Shown here: piece by piece, positions 6,836 through 16,212 of the stretch | Position numbering within the stretch: the first letter of the stretch is position 1 | Layout of the letters: each line of letters starts with the position of its first letter | Source of the DNA: a virus | Taxonomy: Duplodnaviria; Caudoviricetes | Strand: one strand, 5' to 3' | Length of the DNA: 35,519 nucleotides | Virus record (IMG/VR): IMGVR_UViG_3300033412_000040 | Location: 1-35,519 of that record | Notes under the pieces: generated by a model | Told to the model about the DNA's origin: nothing | The model's input: the letters and a program-made list of their open reading frames with translations, nothing else | Databases searched by the model: none | Made by a program: the position numbers and the translations under genes

Positions 6836-7225
6836 TTAAAAAAGTTCAGGCAAAATGCACGCGATATCGTCCCATGACGAGGCCACGGTGTACTCGACGC
6901 CGCAGTCGACGCAGCGCTGCTGGAAGGTCTTCTGCTCCGGCGACAGGCGGCCCTTGGGCTTGCGGCCGAACAGGTCGCGCGAGGCGGACCTCTTCAATTC
7001 GACCATCACGGCGCCGCGCTCGCCGGCGATCACTAGGTCCGGCGCGCCGGGCGTCAGCATGCCGTCATCGCGCATGCGGGCGACGATGCGCCGGACCAGG
7101 ACACGCTCAGCCTCGTTGTGCGAGGGCAAGTAAATTCCATTCGGGATGGCGCATGCGATCACCGGATAGCGGTTGAGGCGGTAGAGGATTTCGCACTGGA
7201 GATTGCGCTCTAGCTGGGCGGTCAC
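6836..7225 (-). CDS. VRR-NUC family PD-(D/E)xK nuclease
   Basis: E..LQ, AIPNG, G..PG.PDL, VELK, GRLSPEQK.FQ. Confidence 0.85.
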   Translation of the reverse strand: MTAQLERNLQCEILYRLNRYPVIACAIPNGIYLPSHNEAERVLVRRIVARMRDDGMLTPGAPDLVIAGERGAVMVELKRSASRDLFGRKPKGRLSPEQKTFQQRCVDCGVEYTVASSWDDIACILPELF

Positions 7226-8229
7226 GATGCCTTGTCTGCCTCCGTTAGAACAATCGCTTCGCTATATGCTGAAAGCAGCGCCATCACCTGCGGACAGAAC
7301 TTTGACAGTTGAAACTCGATCATCTCGCGGCTCTTGTAGCCAATAGACGATATCCGTTCCGCTTGCGGTGCTTCCGTAACAATCGTGGCGAGCGCCTGGA
7401 TGACCTTTTGAAACTGTTTCACCAGTTCTCGCTCGGCTTGCTCCTTCGGTGTGAATATCTGTATGCGTCCGTACTGCTCGCGATGCACATGGTCGCGGGT
7501 CCATCCCTCCGGATAGTCGGGATGCTGCTCTGCTCCGTATTCACGCGATCCCATGCCGCGCTCCTCGCGGGTCATAGTGTCGTAACGCGGTACCACAACA
7601 GCCCGGCGGGCGAGATGCTCTGCAATCGGAGACTTGAGTTCTCCGGCTTCCTTGAGCCGGTTCTTTATGCCGGCGACGGTGCCGACCGACACTCCATGCT
7701 TCAAGGCAATGTCCCGTTGCGCAACGGGGTTGTTCTTCAGGTCCGCAGTGATCGCAGCCTTTATTGCATCGCTTACGCGATTGCTCGCCGGGCGCGTTCT
7801 GCCGTCTTTTCCTTTAGTTTTCTGTTCAAGTGGGTCACCTGTCCCAGTTGAACTCAACGCTCGATCAACTGTCTTCCGATTAACATCCGCCAAATCTGCG
7901 ATCTGGCGATTGCTGATATCGGGATTGCGCTCTTTTATCTTGATAATGATCGATCGACGTTGTTCATCGGTCAGGTGCCGCCGTCGCAGATTGGTCGAAA
8001 CGATGTAGGCGAAGATGTCGATATCACTGGGCAGCACCTCATAGCGAGGCTCAGCACCGGCGAGTTGGCATGCGCGTTCTCGGTTACGTCCATCAATCAA
8101 TAGTTCGCCGGTGTGGTCGAGCTTGATTGCCTCGCGCAGTCCATTGGCTTTGATGTCATCGGCAAGCTCAGAGAGTTCCTGCTCGCTGAGCATCGGAAAC
8201 AGTGCGGCGTCAGGATGGTGGGTCGGCAT
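7222..8229 (-). CDS. ParB/Spo0J-like N-terminal domain protein with HTH motifs
   Basis: HP.A.LFP.....L..LADDIKANGLREAI...LIDGRNR.RAC...S.NLRRRHLT..QR. HTH-like SNRQIADLADVNRKTV and AQRDIALKHGVSVGTV. Confidence 0.8.
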   Translation of the reverse strand: MPTHHPDAALFPMLSEQELSELADDIKANGLREAIKLDHTGELLIDGRNRERACQLAGAEPRYEVLPSDIDIFAYIVSTNLRRRHLTDEQRRSIIIKIKERNPDISNRQIADLADVNRKTVDRALSSTGTGDPLEQKTKGKDGRTRPASNRVSDAIKAAITADLKNNPVAQRDIALKHGVSVGTVAGIKNRLKEAGELKSPIAEHLARRAVVVPRYDTMTREERGMGSREYGAEQHPDYPEGWTRDHVHREQYGRIQIFTPKEQAERELVKQFQKVIQALATIVTEAPQAERISSIGYKSREMIEFQLSKFCPQVMALLSAYSEAIVLTEADKAS

Positions 8230-8250
8230 TCGTTTCGGTCCCCAGTTATC

Positions 8251-8276
8251 AAGAAAGGCGGGAGCTGCCTCCCGCC
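8251..8276 (-). terminator. Intrinsic terminator between the two ParB-like genes
   Basis: Minus strand GGCGGGAG-GCAG-CTCCCGCC followed by TTTCTT. Confidence 0.6.
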
Positions 8277-8287
8277 CTCTCAGTTGC

Positions 8288-9319
8288 TTACGCGGCGTGT
8301 GCGAGGTCGCTATCTTCCGGCTTGTCGATCCTGGGGAATGAATCGTCCATGCGCGGGTCTAGCCGCCGCACGTTCAACTGACCGGCACGCCAGAGGTTGA
8401 ATGCAATCATCGACACAACGAGCAGCTTAACGTCGGATAGCTTGTCCTGCGTCGCCTTGCGCCGTGCTTCCGGAGTCTTCGGATTTGCGAGCTTTGCCGC
8501 CTCGTGCCGGGCGATCCGCTGCTGCAGAACAGCGACCGGGTGGCCGTTCGGCAGATCGGTTTGGGTCAGGAGACCCATAAAATCCTCCAGCACGCCCGAG
8601 CCGTAGGCTTCGCGGATCTTCCAAGCCAGGAAGATTGCCGCCGCCCTGTCGCCGAGCCGCGACACCGCTGCCGGATACACATCCAGCGTGAGATGGACGG
8701 CATCGCTCAGCGTTGGGTGCGCCTTAGCGTAATCAAGAATATCGCTATTGGAGATCGGCGCGATCGGCGACCGCCCGCTGAAGTACAGGCTGCCCTCGTC
8801 GTAGCGGATCGCAAACTTCTTGATTACTGACTGCAGATCCTTGCTCATGCCGTTGAGCCCAGCCGAGTGCAAGGTGTCTTCGCCAGTTCGGGACACACCG
8901 TTGTCAATAAACGCAAACAGCTCATCGTCGTTCGGCACATCACTGACGACGAATGTCTCGAACGAACAACCGGAGAAGTAGCACGCAAACAGACGATGCC
9001 CGGCATCCTCAACATCGCCAGCCACGTTGATGATTACCGGTTCGCCGGTCTTCTTCCAGCGCCCGTTCGCCATCTGTGTGGCGTACCTGAGCACGTCGGG
9101 ATACCGAAGTTTTCGATTCCGTCGATTGCGAATCAGCAGTTGTTCCGCAATCTCCGGAGTGATGCAGTGCCATCCCGTTTGCAGCGGGATCTCTGACCGC
9201 TTCTGTTGCGGCGCCCACTCACGGAATTTTTCGACCGCATGCGTGAACGCCTGCGGGCCGGCGGTCAGGTCACACTTGAACGCGGGCGTCCAATTGACGG
9301 CGTTTGTAGTGTCGGACAT
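8288..9319 (-). CDS. ParB-like (DGQHR-type) fold protein
   Basis: ITPEIAEQLL.RN..NR.L....V.RYA.QM..G.W..TGEP.I....G...DAGHRL.A matches the phage ParB-like family whose motif is usually DGQHRL. GGAG SD. Confidence 0.7.
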   Translation of the reverse strand: MSDTTNAVNWTPAFKCDLTAGPQAFTHAVEKFREWAPQQKRSEIPLQTGWHCITPEIAEQLLIRNRRNRKLRYPDVLRYATQMANGRWKKTGEPVIINVAGDVEDAGHRLFACYFSGCSFETFVVSDVPNDDELFAFIDNGVSRTGEDTLHSAGLNGMSKDLQSVIKKFAIRYDEGSLYFSGRSPIAPISNSDILDYAKAHPTLSDAVHLTLDVYPAAVSRLGDRAAAIFLAWKIREAYGSGVLEDFMGLLTQTDLPNGHPVAVLQQRIARHEAAKLANPKTPEARRKATQDKLSDVKLLVVSMIAFNLWRAGQLNVRRLDPRMDDSFPRIDKPEDSDLAHAA

Positions 9320-9573
9320 GAGTCACTCTCCATGCGAGGGCGGGTGTACGCGAAATTGCGTTACCGCCAGTCGCTCCGTGTGCCCGAGAGCGGCGCGCTT
9401 CGCGTCCTCGCTCATCAGGCGAATTTCATGCGGCGCCATCACGCCAGCCCGTCTTGCACGTGACCCGGCCCCGCCCGGCGACGCGCCCCCCTGCCGGGAT
9501 GGAACGCGGGATCGCGGCACGGCGCGGCCGGGCGGGACGGCTCAGCGTCTCTATCCACATGGTTTCAGTGTAC

Positions 9574-9589
9574 GTTTCCACGTGGAACA
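9574..9589. promoter_or_regulatory. parS-like palindrome
   Basis: GTTTCCACGTGGAACA matches the parS sequence TGTTCCACGTGGAACA at 14/16, with a perfect 12-bp core TTCCACGTGGAA (9576-9587). Confidence 0.55.
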
Positions 9590-9604
9590 ATTGCGGGGTG
9601 AGGC

Positions 9605-9856
9605 TCACGCCGCACACCGCGATCGGCTGGACACCGGCCGCGGGATGTCCTCCGGCCAGGGCACGTCGGGCGGCCAGTTATCCGCCAGCCAGATGCCCGC
9701 GCGCGCGATCGACTTGGTGTTGACGCCGTCGCCGGCCTCGAGCCGGGCGAAAAACTTATGGTTGCCCTGGAGCGCCCGGCGCCCGAGCTGCCGCAGCGAG
9801 ATGCCGTGGTGCGCGGTGTAGAGCCGCGCCAGGGTGAGGAGCTGGTCGCCGGTCAT
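9605..9856 (-). CDS. Cro-like DNA-binding protein
   Basis: Start moved to ATG 9856. ISLRQLGRRALQGNHKFFARLEAG is HTH-like, and the WLADNWP..VPWP..IPRP tail is typical of alphaproteobacterial phage Cro-like proteins. Divergent from the repressor. Confidence 0.75.
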   Translation of the reverse strand: MTGDQLLTLARLYTAHHGISLRQLGRRALQGNHKFFARLEAGDGVNTKSIARAGIWLADNWPPDVPWPEDIPRPVSSRSRCAA

Positions 9857-9859
9857 CAC

Positions 9860-9945
9860 GGGACAGCATGCGGGACCGTAATCCTGTCGGCAAGCGGGTT
9901 TGTCCCGTTGTTTGTCCCATACAGCGAGGGAAAAAATTCCCTCGC
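9860..9945. promoter_or_regulatory. cI/cro operator region
   Basis: Perfect inverted repeat GCGAGGGAA-N4-TTCCCTCGC (9924-9945), GGGA-N6-TCCT (9872-9885), direct repeat GTTTGTCCC (9898 and 9910). Confidence 0.65.
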
Positions 9946-10000
9946 CAAAACGCAGCGAAAATCCTAATGTTGATCGAGGGTAATCTCTTGGGCGCCGACA

Positions 10001-10402
10001 TTGACGGTGTGGGACGAAATCGGCTTCCGCGAGCGCGTGCTCGAGGTCGCCAAGCAACGCGGCATCGATACTCTCAAAGATGTTGCGCGCGAGGCCCGGC
10101 TTGACCCGAAATACTTCCGGGAGGACCGCGCGGCGCTGCCGGATGGCCGCAATGTGCGCCACGTCCTGCAGATCGCCGAAGCGCTGGAGGCCGACCCCGC
10201 CTTCCTGCTGGGACTGAGCGATTCGCCGCCGCTGCCGAACCCGGCCGCCGATGCGCTGGATCGCGTCGCGTTCGTCGCCAGTATCGCGGCGCACCTCTAT
10301 GCCGCAATGGCGCGGCGTCGCCCGCCCGACCGGGCAGACTGTCAGAAACTCGCCAAAATGGTGGTTGATATCCTGGACTACACGGACCCGGAGAGCAGTT
10401 AA
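10001..10402 (+). CDS. XRE-family HTH repressor (CI-like, no S24 peptidase domain)
   Basis: RGIDTLKDVAREARLDPKYF...VLQIAEALEADPAFLLGL. Divergent from the Cro-like gene. Start at 10001 (TTG) or 10007 (GTG). Confidence 0.75.
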   Translation: MTVWDEIGFRERVLEVAKQRGIDTLKDVAREARLDPKYFREDRAALPDGRNVRHVLQIAEALEADPAFLLGLSDSPPLPNPAADALDRVAFVASIAAHLYAAMARRRPPDRADCQKLAKMVVDILDYTDPESS

Positions 10403-10599
10403 TCCAGCGGTCCGCATTCCACCGGGTCGAGCCGGTCACCTTCACGCTCGTACCAGTTGCCGTCCTCGTTGCGATAGCCGATGCGATGCGATCCGTCTGC
10501 CAATCGGAGCAGATAATCCCCAGACTCCCCCTCGATCCGTTTCGATAGGTCTTCGACCCGGTACATGCTGATCACTCGGGATGCCGCCGCGTCCTGCAT
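10399..10599 (-). CDS. Hypothetical protein (<=66 aa)
   Basis: Beta-rich GDYLLRLADGSHRIGYRNEDGNWYE. Stop overlaps the repressor stop. Start may be ATG 10566. Confidence 0.5.
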   Translation of the reverse strand: MQDAAASRVISMYRVEDLSKRIEGESGDYLLRLADGSHRIGYRNEDGNWYEREGDRLDPVECGPLD

Positions 10600-10731
10600 T
10601 TTATTGATATCCCTAAAGTTTCTCTAAACTTGTATAGGTGTGGCGAAAGCCTAAAGACGTTCTCCAACGCCCGCAACGGCGACAGTGGTTGCGGCTGCGC
10701 AGCGGTATCCTGCGAACGCAGGCATGGACCG

Positions 10732-10745
10732 GGGAAAAAAATCCC
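10732..10745. promoter_or_regulatory. Operator-like palindrome upstream of exo/bet (oL-like)
   Basis: GGGAAAAAAATCCC = GGGA-N6-TCCC, ~45 nt upstream of the exonuclease ATG. Confidence 0.55.
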
Positions 10746-10790
10746 GCTAAGTTTGCGAGTCAGTCCGAAACAGCGCGGACGGAATCCGGG

Positions 10791-11675
10791 ATGAGCGAGG
10801 AACCGAAGCGCAACAGCCGCCCGATCGACGACGTCGGCGCCTGGCTCGACCAGCGGCGCGGCCACGTCACCGCATCCCGCATCGGCGCCCTGTTCGACGC
10901 GCACCCCTACCTCTCGCGCGAGCAGCTCGCGGCCGAACTAGGCGGGCGCAGCACCAAGGGCGACACGCCGGCGATGCGGCGCGGCCGGGTGCTGGAGGCC
11001 GCCGTCATCGAGGCGTTGCGCGAGGCGCACCCCGATTGGCGCATTGTCAGGGCGCGCGATTACCACTGGATCGATGAGTACCGGCTCGGCGCGACGCCCG
11101 ATGCCTATCTCGACGACGACGGCCTGATCGAGTGCAAGACGGTGCGCCCCGAGGTGTGGGACAGATGGCATGGCCGCCCGCCGCTTGCCTACGTGCTCCA
11201 GCTCCTCACCGCGCTGATGTGCACCGGGCGCACCCGCGGGGTCCTCGCATGCATGGTGCTGGCGAGCGACTATCCCGTGCATGAATTTGACGTCCCGCGG
11301 CATACCGATGCCGAGAAACGCATAATCGACGCAACGAACGCATGGTGGGCGCAGTACGACGAGGGGCTGCTCGCGCCGCCGCAGAGCGCGGACGGGATCG
11401 AGGCGATGCTCGACACGGGCGAGCATTTGGATTGGTCGGAGCGCGACGACATCCGCGAGGTGCTCGACGAGCGCCGCGCCCTGAAGGTGGAAATGAGCGC
11501 CCTCGCGGCTCGGCTCGGCGAGATCGACTACAAGCTCAAGAACAACCTTGGCCCGGCGTCGACCGCCTGGCTGCCGGGTTACGCGATCAGCTTCCGCCGC
11601 TATCACAGGGCGGAATACACCGTCGCGGCGCGAGACATCCGGGTGCTGAAGATCAAGGAGAGCGCTGGTGAGTGA
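10791..11675 (+). CDS. YqaJ/lambda-exonuclease family recombination nuclease
   Basis: [37 protein letters not shown]. Likely start ATG 10791. Confidence 0.9.
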   Translation: MSEEPKRNSRPIDDVGAWLDQRRGHVTASRIGALFDAHPYLSREQLAAELGGRSTKGDTPAMRRGRVLEAAVIEALREAHPDWRIVRARDYHWIDEYRLGATPDAYLDDDGLIECKTVRPEVWDRWHGRPPLAYVLQLLTALMCTGRTRGVLACMVLASDYPVHEFDVPRHTDAEKRIIDATNAWWAQYDEGLLAPPQSADGIEAMLDTGEHLDWSERDDIREVLDERRALKVEMSALAARLGEIDYKLKNNLGPASTAWLPGYAISFRRYHRAEYTVAARDIRVLKIKESAGE

Positions 11676-12672
11676 TGTCATCCCCTACCGCCGCGGCGCC
11701 GTCGCACCGGCGCTGGAGTACAGCCGCGAACAGACAGATTTGATAAAGCGCACGATTTGCCGTGGCGCTACCGATGACGAGCTTCAACTCTTTTTATACC
11801 AAGCCCGGCGCCTCGGCCTCGACCCGCTCGCACGCCAAATTTATGCGATCAAGCGCTGGGATAATGAGCAGAAGCGCGAGGTGATGGCGCTGCAAACGTC
11901 GATCGACGGGCTGCGCCTGGTCGCCGACAGGACCGGCAAATACAAGGGACAGGTTGGCCCATACTGGTGCGGCAGCGACGGTCAATGGGTCGACGTGTGG
12001 CTCGCAAAAGAACCACCGGCTGCGGCCAAGGTCGGCGTGCTGCGCAGCGATTTTGAGCAGCCGCTGTGGGGGCCTGCGAGATTTGAGAGCTATGCGCAAC
12101 GCACCAGGACGGGCGAATTGACCCGGTTCTGGAAGTTAATGCCGGACATCATGCTGGCGAAAGCCGCCGAGTCATTAGCCTTGCGCAAGGCGTTCCCCCT
12201 GGAGCTGGGCGGGTTGTACAGCGACGACGAAATGGCCCAGGCCGAGAATGCGCCGTCAGCAGCACCCGCCGACACCCGCGCCCAGCTCGACCAGTTCGCG
12301 GGCGTGCCGGCCGCGGCACCCGCTTCGCCGGAGATTGTCGATCAGTTCACCGGCGAAGTGCTCGACCGTGACGAGATCGAGCGTGCCGCCCGCGAGGCCG
12401 CGCTGCGCGGCACCGAGCTGCTGCGCGGCCATCTGCGCGGCCTGTCGCCCGAAGAGCGCGAGATGCTGCGCGAGGCTGTCGGCACCGGCGACGAGCCGGG
12501 CGAATTGCTACGAGCGGCGCGGCTGGCCGATGCCGACGCGATCCGCGAGCGGCTTCGCCTGGCTGCTACAGAATCCCCGGATGGTCCCCCCAGCGAGCGG
12601 CCCCTTCCCCGGCCCGCCGCCGCCACAAAGCCATCCGGGGAAACTGCCGCGGCTGCCGAGAGCGGCGAATAG
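11668..12672 (+). CDS. bet: Phage recombination protein Bet (RecT/Redbeta single-strand annealing protein)
   Basis: [61 protein letters not shown]. Confidence 0.92.
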   Translation: MSDVIPYRRGAVAPALEYSREQTDLIKRTICRGATDDELQLFLYQARRLGLDPLARQIYAIKRWDNEQKREVMALQTSIDGLRLVADRTGKYKGQVGPYWCGSDGQWVDVWLAKEPPAAAKVGVLRSDFEQPLWGPARFESYAQRTRTGELTRFWKLMPDIMLAKAAESLALRKAFPLELGGLYSDDEMAQAENAPSAAPADTRAQLDQFAGVPAAAPASPEIVDQFTGEVLDRDEIERAAREAALRGTELLRGHLRGLSPEEREMLREAVGTGDEPGELLRAARLADADAIRERLRLAATESPDGPPSERPLPRPAAATKPSGETAAAAESGE

Positions 12673-12681
12673 GCTGGACAC

Positions 12682-15174
12682 TCAAGCATTTACTGCCGAG
12701 TTGCGCAAAATCGCAACATGGCATATTACCGCCCAAGTCGGGTCGGCGGCCCACGCGATCGGCGTTCCGGTCTCGGCGGTCTTGGCCGCGATCAGATCCT
12801 CCAGCGCCTGCCATGCCCTGCCGCCGTCCGGCAAATGGACGCAAAGCGCCAGGGCACACCGCGCCTGCGTCAGGTAGGTGCTCGACAACGGCCAGTAGAC
12901 GACCTCCAGGGCGCCGTCGAGCATGCCGGTTTGTTTCTGTTCGCTCCAGCCGAACACTGTCTCGTCCCAATCAGGAAACCAGTCCGCGGAGCCATCCGGT
13001 TGCCATCCGCGATCCGGCACGACGTATTGCGAAACCAACGCGACCGCGTAGCCCGGCGTCGTGAGTTGCCCGACGACGTGCGGCCCGACCCATTCGAGGA
13101 GCGCGTCGGTCGGGAAGCCCATCTCGCGGCCCCGGCCAAGCGCGGCGATCACGAACATGTTCATCCAGTGCGAGTGCGCGCTGTACGCCACCTCGGGGTC
13201 GTAGAAGGCCGGGTCGGTCGCCGCGTACCCGCCGACGTCGCCCCACCAGCGGCAGGGCGGCGGCCCCAAGCCTTTCCACCCGTCGCCGGTCGTGCCGAGC
13301 GCCGCGCCGCCGTAGAGCCACCGCTCGCTGTTTTCGAAGGAGGTGCCGGCGATGGCCCTCTGCCCCTCGTCCTTGGCGATGGCGTCGTCGATCATCCGCA
13401 AGACCTCGGCGCGCATCGGGTCGGTGTCCGGCAGCAGCGCCGCGGCGTTGAATAATGTCCTGTACATCCATCCCATCGCCCTGACCTGCCCGTCGCCCCA
13501 TGCAGTGAAATAGCCCCCGCCTCTTCCATTGACGCCGGGACCGGGGTTGGTGCTGAGCGAGTTGCTGCCGTTCCAGAGTTCAAGCGAGTCCAAATAATAC
13601 GGGTCGCCCGTAATCAGGTACGGCACAGTGAACGGGTCGGGCTGGTGCGCCGTATCGGCAAACCAGCCATCGTCCGATCCGGCAGCGATGACAACGACGG
13701 CATCCTCCGGGGCAGGCGTGACGCGAGCGTCGAGATACCAGTACGACGGGCGCGAATGACAAGTGACCGTGCGCCCAGCATTGGGCTTACTGTGATCGCC
13801 CTCGCGCATCGTCCGGTTCCAACTGCCGGCCAGATCGGCATGTACACATGCGATCTCGCGCAGACGCCAATCGCCGGAAAGCAAAGCCGAAACACACCAG
13901 CTCGGCGCTAGTCCAATATCGTAACGACCGCCGGTTGTCGGCATGTACTTCTGGTAAAAGCCGGAACCACCGATATTTCTGGTAGTGCCGAGCCATGCCT
14001 CATAATTAGCGGCGATCGTAGCTTCGGGAATTGTTATGCCGGCATCGTAGTTCGCGACCAGCTTGGTTGCAGCCAGATAGCTCGAATTGTGGTCGATATC
14101 GACGCGGTGCTCGGGGGCGTCGCCGTACCACGCGCTGCGCGTCCATCGTGTCGCCGCGCGCTGTGCAATCCCTGCCTGCTGGTAAACGAGCTTGTCGCCG
14201 GCCCGCAGCTCGAGGTCGTAGGTCTGCGCCTCGAGTGCCTCCGTGTTGGAGATTTCGCCGACGTACCTGATGAATGCCTTGCCGAGCTGATGCCAGAACG
14301 TCACGACGAACCAAGGGTGCAGGCTGCGATGCTCGCTCCACCCGATATCGTAAACCCGGCCGGGGCTGCGGTCGCAGCAGACGACGGTAGTCGCCACCGG
14401 CCCCTCGGCCCAAGGCAGATAGTCGCCGGCCAGGAGCATCTGCCGCGCCGACGCGCTGCGCGTGCCGGCCGGGCCGCTGATCGTGATCGTCGCGTCGAAG
14501 CCGGGGAACTCGTCGGCAATAGCCCATCCCGCGGTATGGATACGTCCCCGCCGCGTCATGTCGCGGAAGGTCAGTGTCACGCTCCCGGCCGCCGGCAGCA
14601 TGGGAACAACGAGCGAGATGACCGCGAATTTGACCGAGCCGTCGCCCCAGCGGTTCTTCACATCGGCCTGGCTTGGAACCGCCGCACCATCGGCCAGCAC
14701 CTGCGGATAGTGGGCGATTTCGCCGCGCATGAACGCGCGGCCGAATTGCCGCGGATAATTGACGACCGCCGCGCCGGATGCACTCGCAACCAGCACAGTG
14801 TTGGCGGCGTTCGATGGCGGCGGCTCCGGCTCGGGTTCCGGCCCCGGCGCATTGTCGGGGCCTACCGCCGTCAGAACCTGCGGCGAGTAGAGGCTCTCGG
14901 TTGCGCTCTCCGCGACGACGGTGATCTCGTAGTTGCCCGGCGGCACGTCGGCGACGACGAACAGCAGCCCGTCGGTGACGGCGAACTTGTCGGCATCCGG
15001 CCCGGTCAGCGCCAGCGTGCCGCGGAACGGCTCTCCCGAGGTTTCAACCAGCACAGCCGCAATCACTGACCCGCTCGGCGACGCGCAATCAAAAATGACC
15101 GGCGAAATTTCAACATCGAGCAGCTTCGGCGGCTGGCTCGACGGCGGCGGCGGCGGCGGTTTGCTGCGGTTCAT
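12682..15174 (-). CDS. Large putative glycan-active protein (Ig/cadherin-like domain, Pro-Glu linker, RIFT/PcRGLX-like beta domain, helical barrel)
   Basis: FGRAF..GEI...P........P.QADVK.RW.DGSVKFAVIS resembles the N-terminal barrel of exo-rhamnogalacturonan-lyase-like proteins. The C-terminal part has AHQP....PYL.TGD.YYL and QVRA.GW..R. Last gene of the late operon. Confidence 0.55.
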   Translation of the reverse strand: MNRSKPPPPPPSSQPPKLLDVEISPVIFDCASPSGSVIAAVLVETSGEPFRGTLALTGPDADKFAVTDGLLFVVADVPPGNYEITVVAESATESLYSPQVLTAVGPDNAPGPEPEPEPPPSNAANTVLVASASGAAVVNYPRQFGRAFMRGEIAHYPQVLADGAAVPSQADVKNRWGDGSVKFAVISLVVPMLPAAGSVTLTFRDMTRRGRIHTAGWAIADEFPGFDATITISGPAGTRSASARQMLLAGDYLPWAEGPVATTVVCCDRSPGRVYDIGWSEHRSLHPWFVVTFWHQLGKAFIRYVGEISNTEALEAQTYDLELRAGDKLVYQQAGIAQRAATRWTRSAWYGDAPEHRVDIDHNSSYLAATKLVANYDAGITIPEATIAANYEAWLGTTRNIGGSGFYQKYMPTTGGRYDIGLAPSWCVSALLSGDWRLREIACVHADLAGSWNRTMREGDHSKPNAGRTVTCHSRPSYWYLDARVTPAPEDAVVVIAAGSDDGWFADTAHQPDPFTVPYLITGDPYYLDSLELWNGSNSLSTNPGPGVNGRGGGYFTAWGDGQVRAMGWMYRTLFNAAALLPDTDPMRAEVLRMIDDAIAKDEGQRAIAGTSFENSERWLYGGAALGTTGDGWKGLGPPPCRWWGDVGGYAATDPAFYDPEVAYSAHSHWMNMFVIAALGRGREMGFPTDALLEWVGPHVVGQLTTPGYAVALVSQYVVPDRGWQPDGSADWFPDWDETVFGWSEQKQTGMLDGALEVVYWPLSSTYLTQARCALALCVHLPDGGRAWQALEDLIAAKTAETGTPIAWAADPTWAVICHVAILRNSAVNA

Positions 15175-15404
15175 TTCCCGGCCTCATCCATAAGTTGCTT
15201 GACGGCCTCGCACGTCTCCAGCACCGACAACAATTTGCCGTCGCTGAGCCACACGATGCACCGTGCTTCCCCAGTAACCAGTTTGTTTTGCCCTGATGCC
15301 GGCGCCCTGGAGTGCATCGAGGTGATATGCGACGGAGCTACCAGGACCTCGCCGCCGTCGATCCGGTGCAGCACCGCCATCCCGACGATCGCGACGAGCG
15401 TCAT
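15171..15404 (-). CDS. Small FlbD/SwrD-like protein (77 aa)
   Basis: LHRIDGGEVLVAPSHITSM...IVWLSDGKLLSVLETCEAV mirrors the FlbD pattern. Short hydrophobic N-terminus. Start moved to ATG 15404. Confidence 0.5.
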   Translation of the reverse strand: MTLVAIVGMAVLHRIDGGEVLVAPSHITSMHSRAPASGQNKLVTGEARCIVWLSDGKLLSVLETCEAVKQLMDEAGK

Positions 15405-15405
15405 G

Positions 15406-16212
15406 CTAGGCATAATAAGCCTGCTGGTTCGCCGTGAGCGCCCCGTAAACAGCTCCCGCCCACGCCGTGCCGTCATCGAATCCGGCCTCGGCCACGCGAC
15501 CGTCACCGCCCGAGGCAAAGCGCAGCGTCGCAGCGACGGTGTCGCCTGCAACCGATCCGGTGGTATCCGTCCCGTCTATCGAGATCACCGAACTCGCGCC
15601 GTTCATGATGCCCTGGCCGACATGCCAAGCGCTATCGGATGCAACCGCATTGAAGCGCGTTGTCGTCGCGGTGGTGCGCTTCAACATCCATCGGTTTGCC
15701 GTTGCCTGGTCGTTCCCCCCGAACAGGTTTCCGCCGTCTCCATTGTTGGAGATGAAGCGGATCGTATTAGTTCCGTTGCGATATGCCACGGTGCTGAACG
15801 AGCACACGCCGTTGGACGGCGCAAAGGTCGCATACGACAAGAACTTGGTGGCCGTGACCAGGATATAAGGCTTGTTCCCCATCCCCCCGGACAGCAACAG
15901 GGTCAATTGGTTGGCCGGTGTCGGCTGCGTCGCGTGGCGATTGTTGCCGGTCTGGTCATAGGCTCGCGAAATAAATATCGTGTCGGCACCGGCCCATGAT
16001 GAAATCGTTGCCGTGTCGAGCGCGCCCGTCGCCAAAAACGCCGCCGTCATCGTGCCGTTGTCCGAGGATCGTCTCAGATCGAACGCATTCCCGCCCCCGG
16101 CGGCATAGGCGCCCGAATACGCGCGCACGCCATAAAACACGTCGAACGAAGCGACATCGCCGGGGCCGGTATAGAGGGACGCCGGAGTAAATGCGCGGAC
16201 GATCCCGACCAC
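15406..16212 (-). CDS. Concanavalin A/LamG-like protein (arabinofuranosidase-B-like N-terminus), putative receptor-binding protein
   Basis: YGVRA.S.AY......LRRSSDN......G.LD.......YDQTGN.RHATQ...NQ, and WH......NGASSVISIDG. GTG 16212 overlaps the upstream TAG. Confidence 0.65.
   Translation of the reverse strand: MVGIVRAFTPASLYTGPGDVASFDVFYGVRAYSGAYAAGGGNAFDLRRSSDNGTMTAAFLATGALDTATISSWAGADTIFISRAYDQTGNNRHATQPTPANQLTLLLSGGMGNKPYILVTATKFLSYATFAPSNGVCSFSTVAYRNGTNTIRFISNNGDGGNLFGGNDQATANRWMLKRTTATTTRFNAVASDSAWHVGQGIMNGASSVISIDGTDTTGSVAGDTVAATLRFASGGDGRVAEAGFDDGTAWAGAVYGALTANQQAYYA

Noticed and set aside
9323-9617. ORFs 9426-9617 and 9323-9520 as a CII-like gene
   Set aside because: Low-complexity Arg/Pro/Gly translations with no HTH. 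The FHVE peptide merely reflects the parS-like palindrome.
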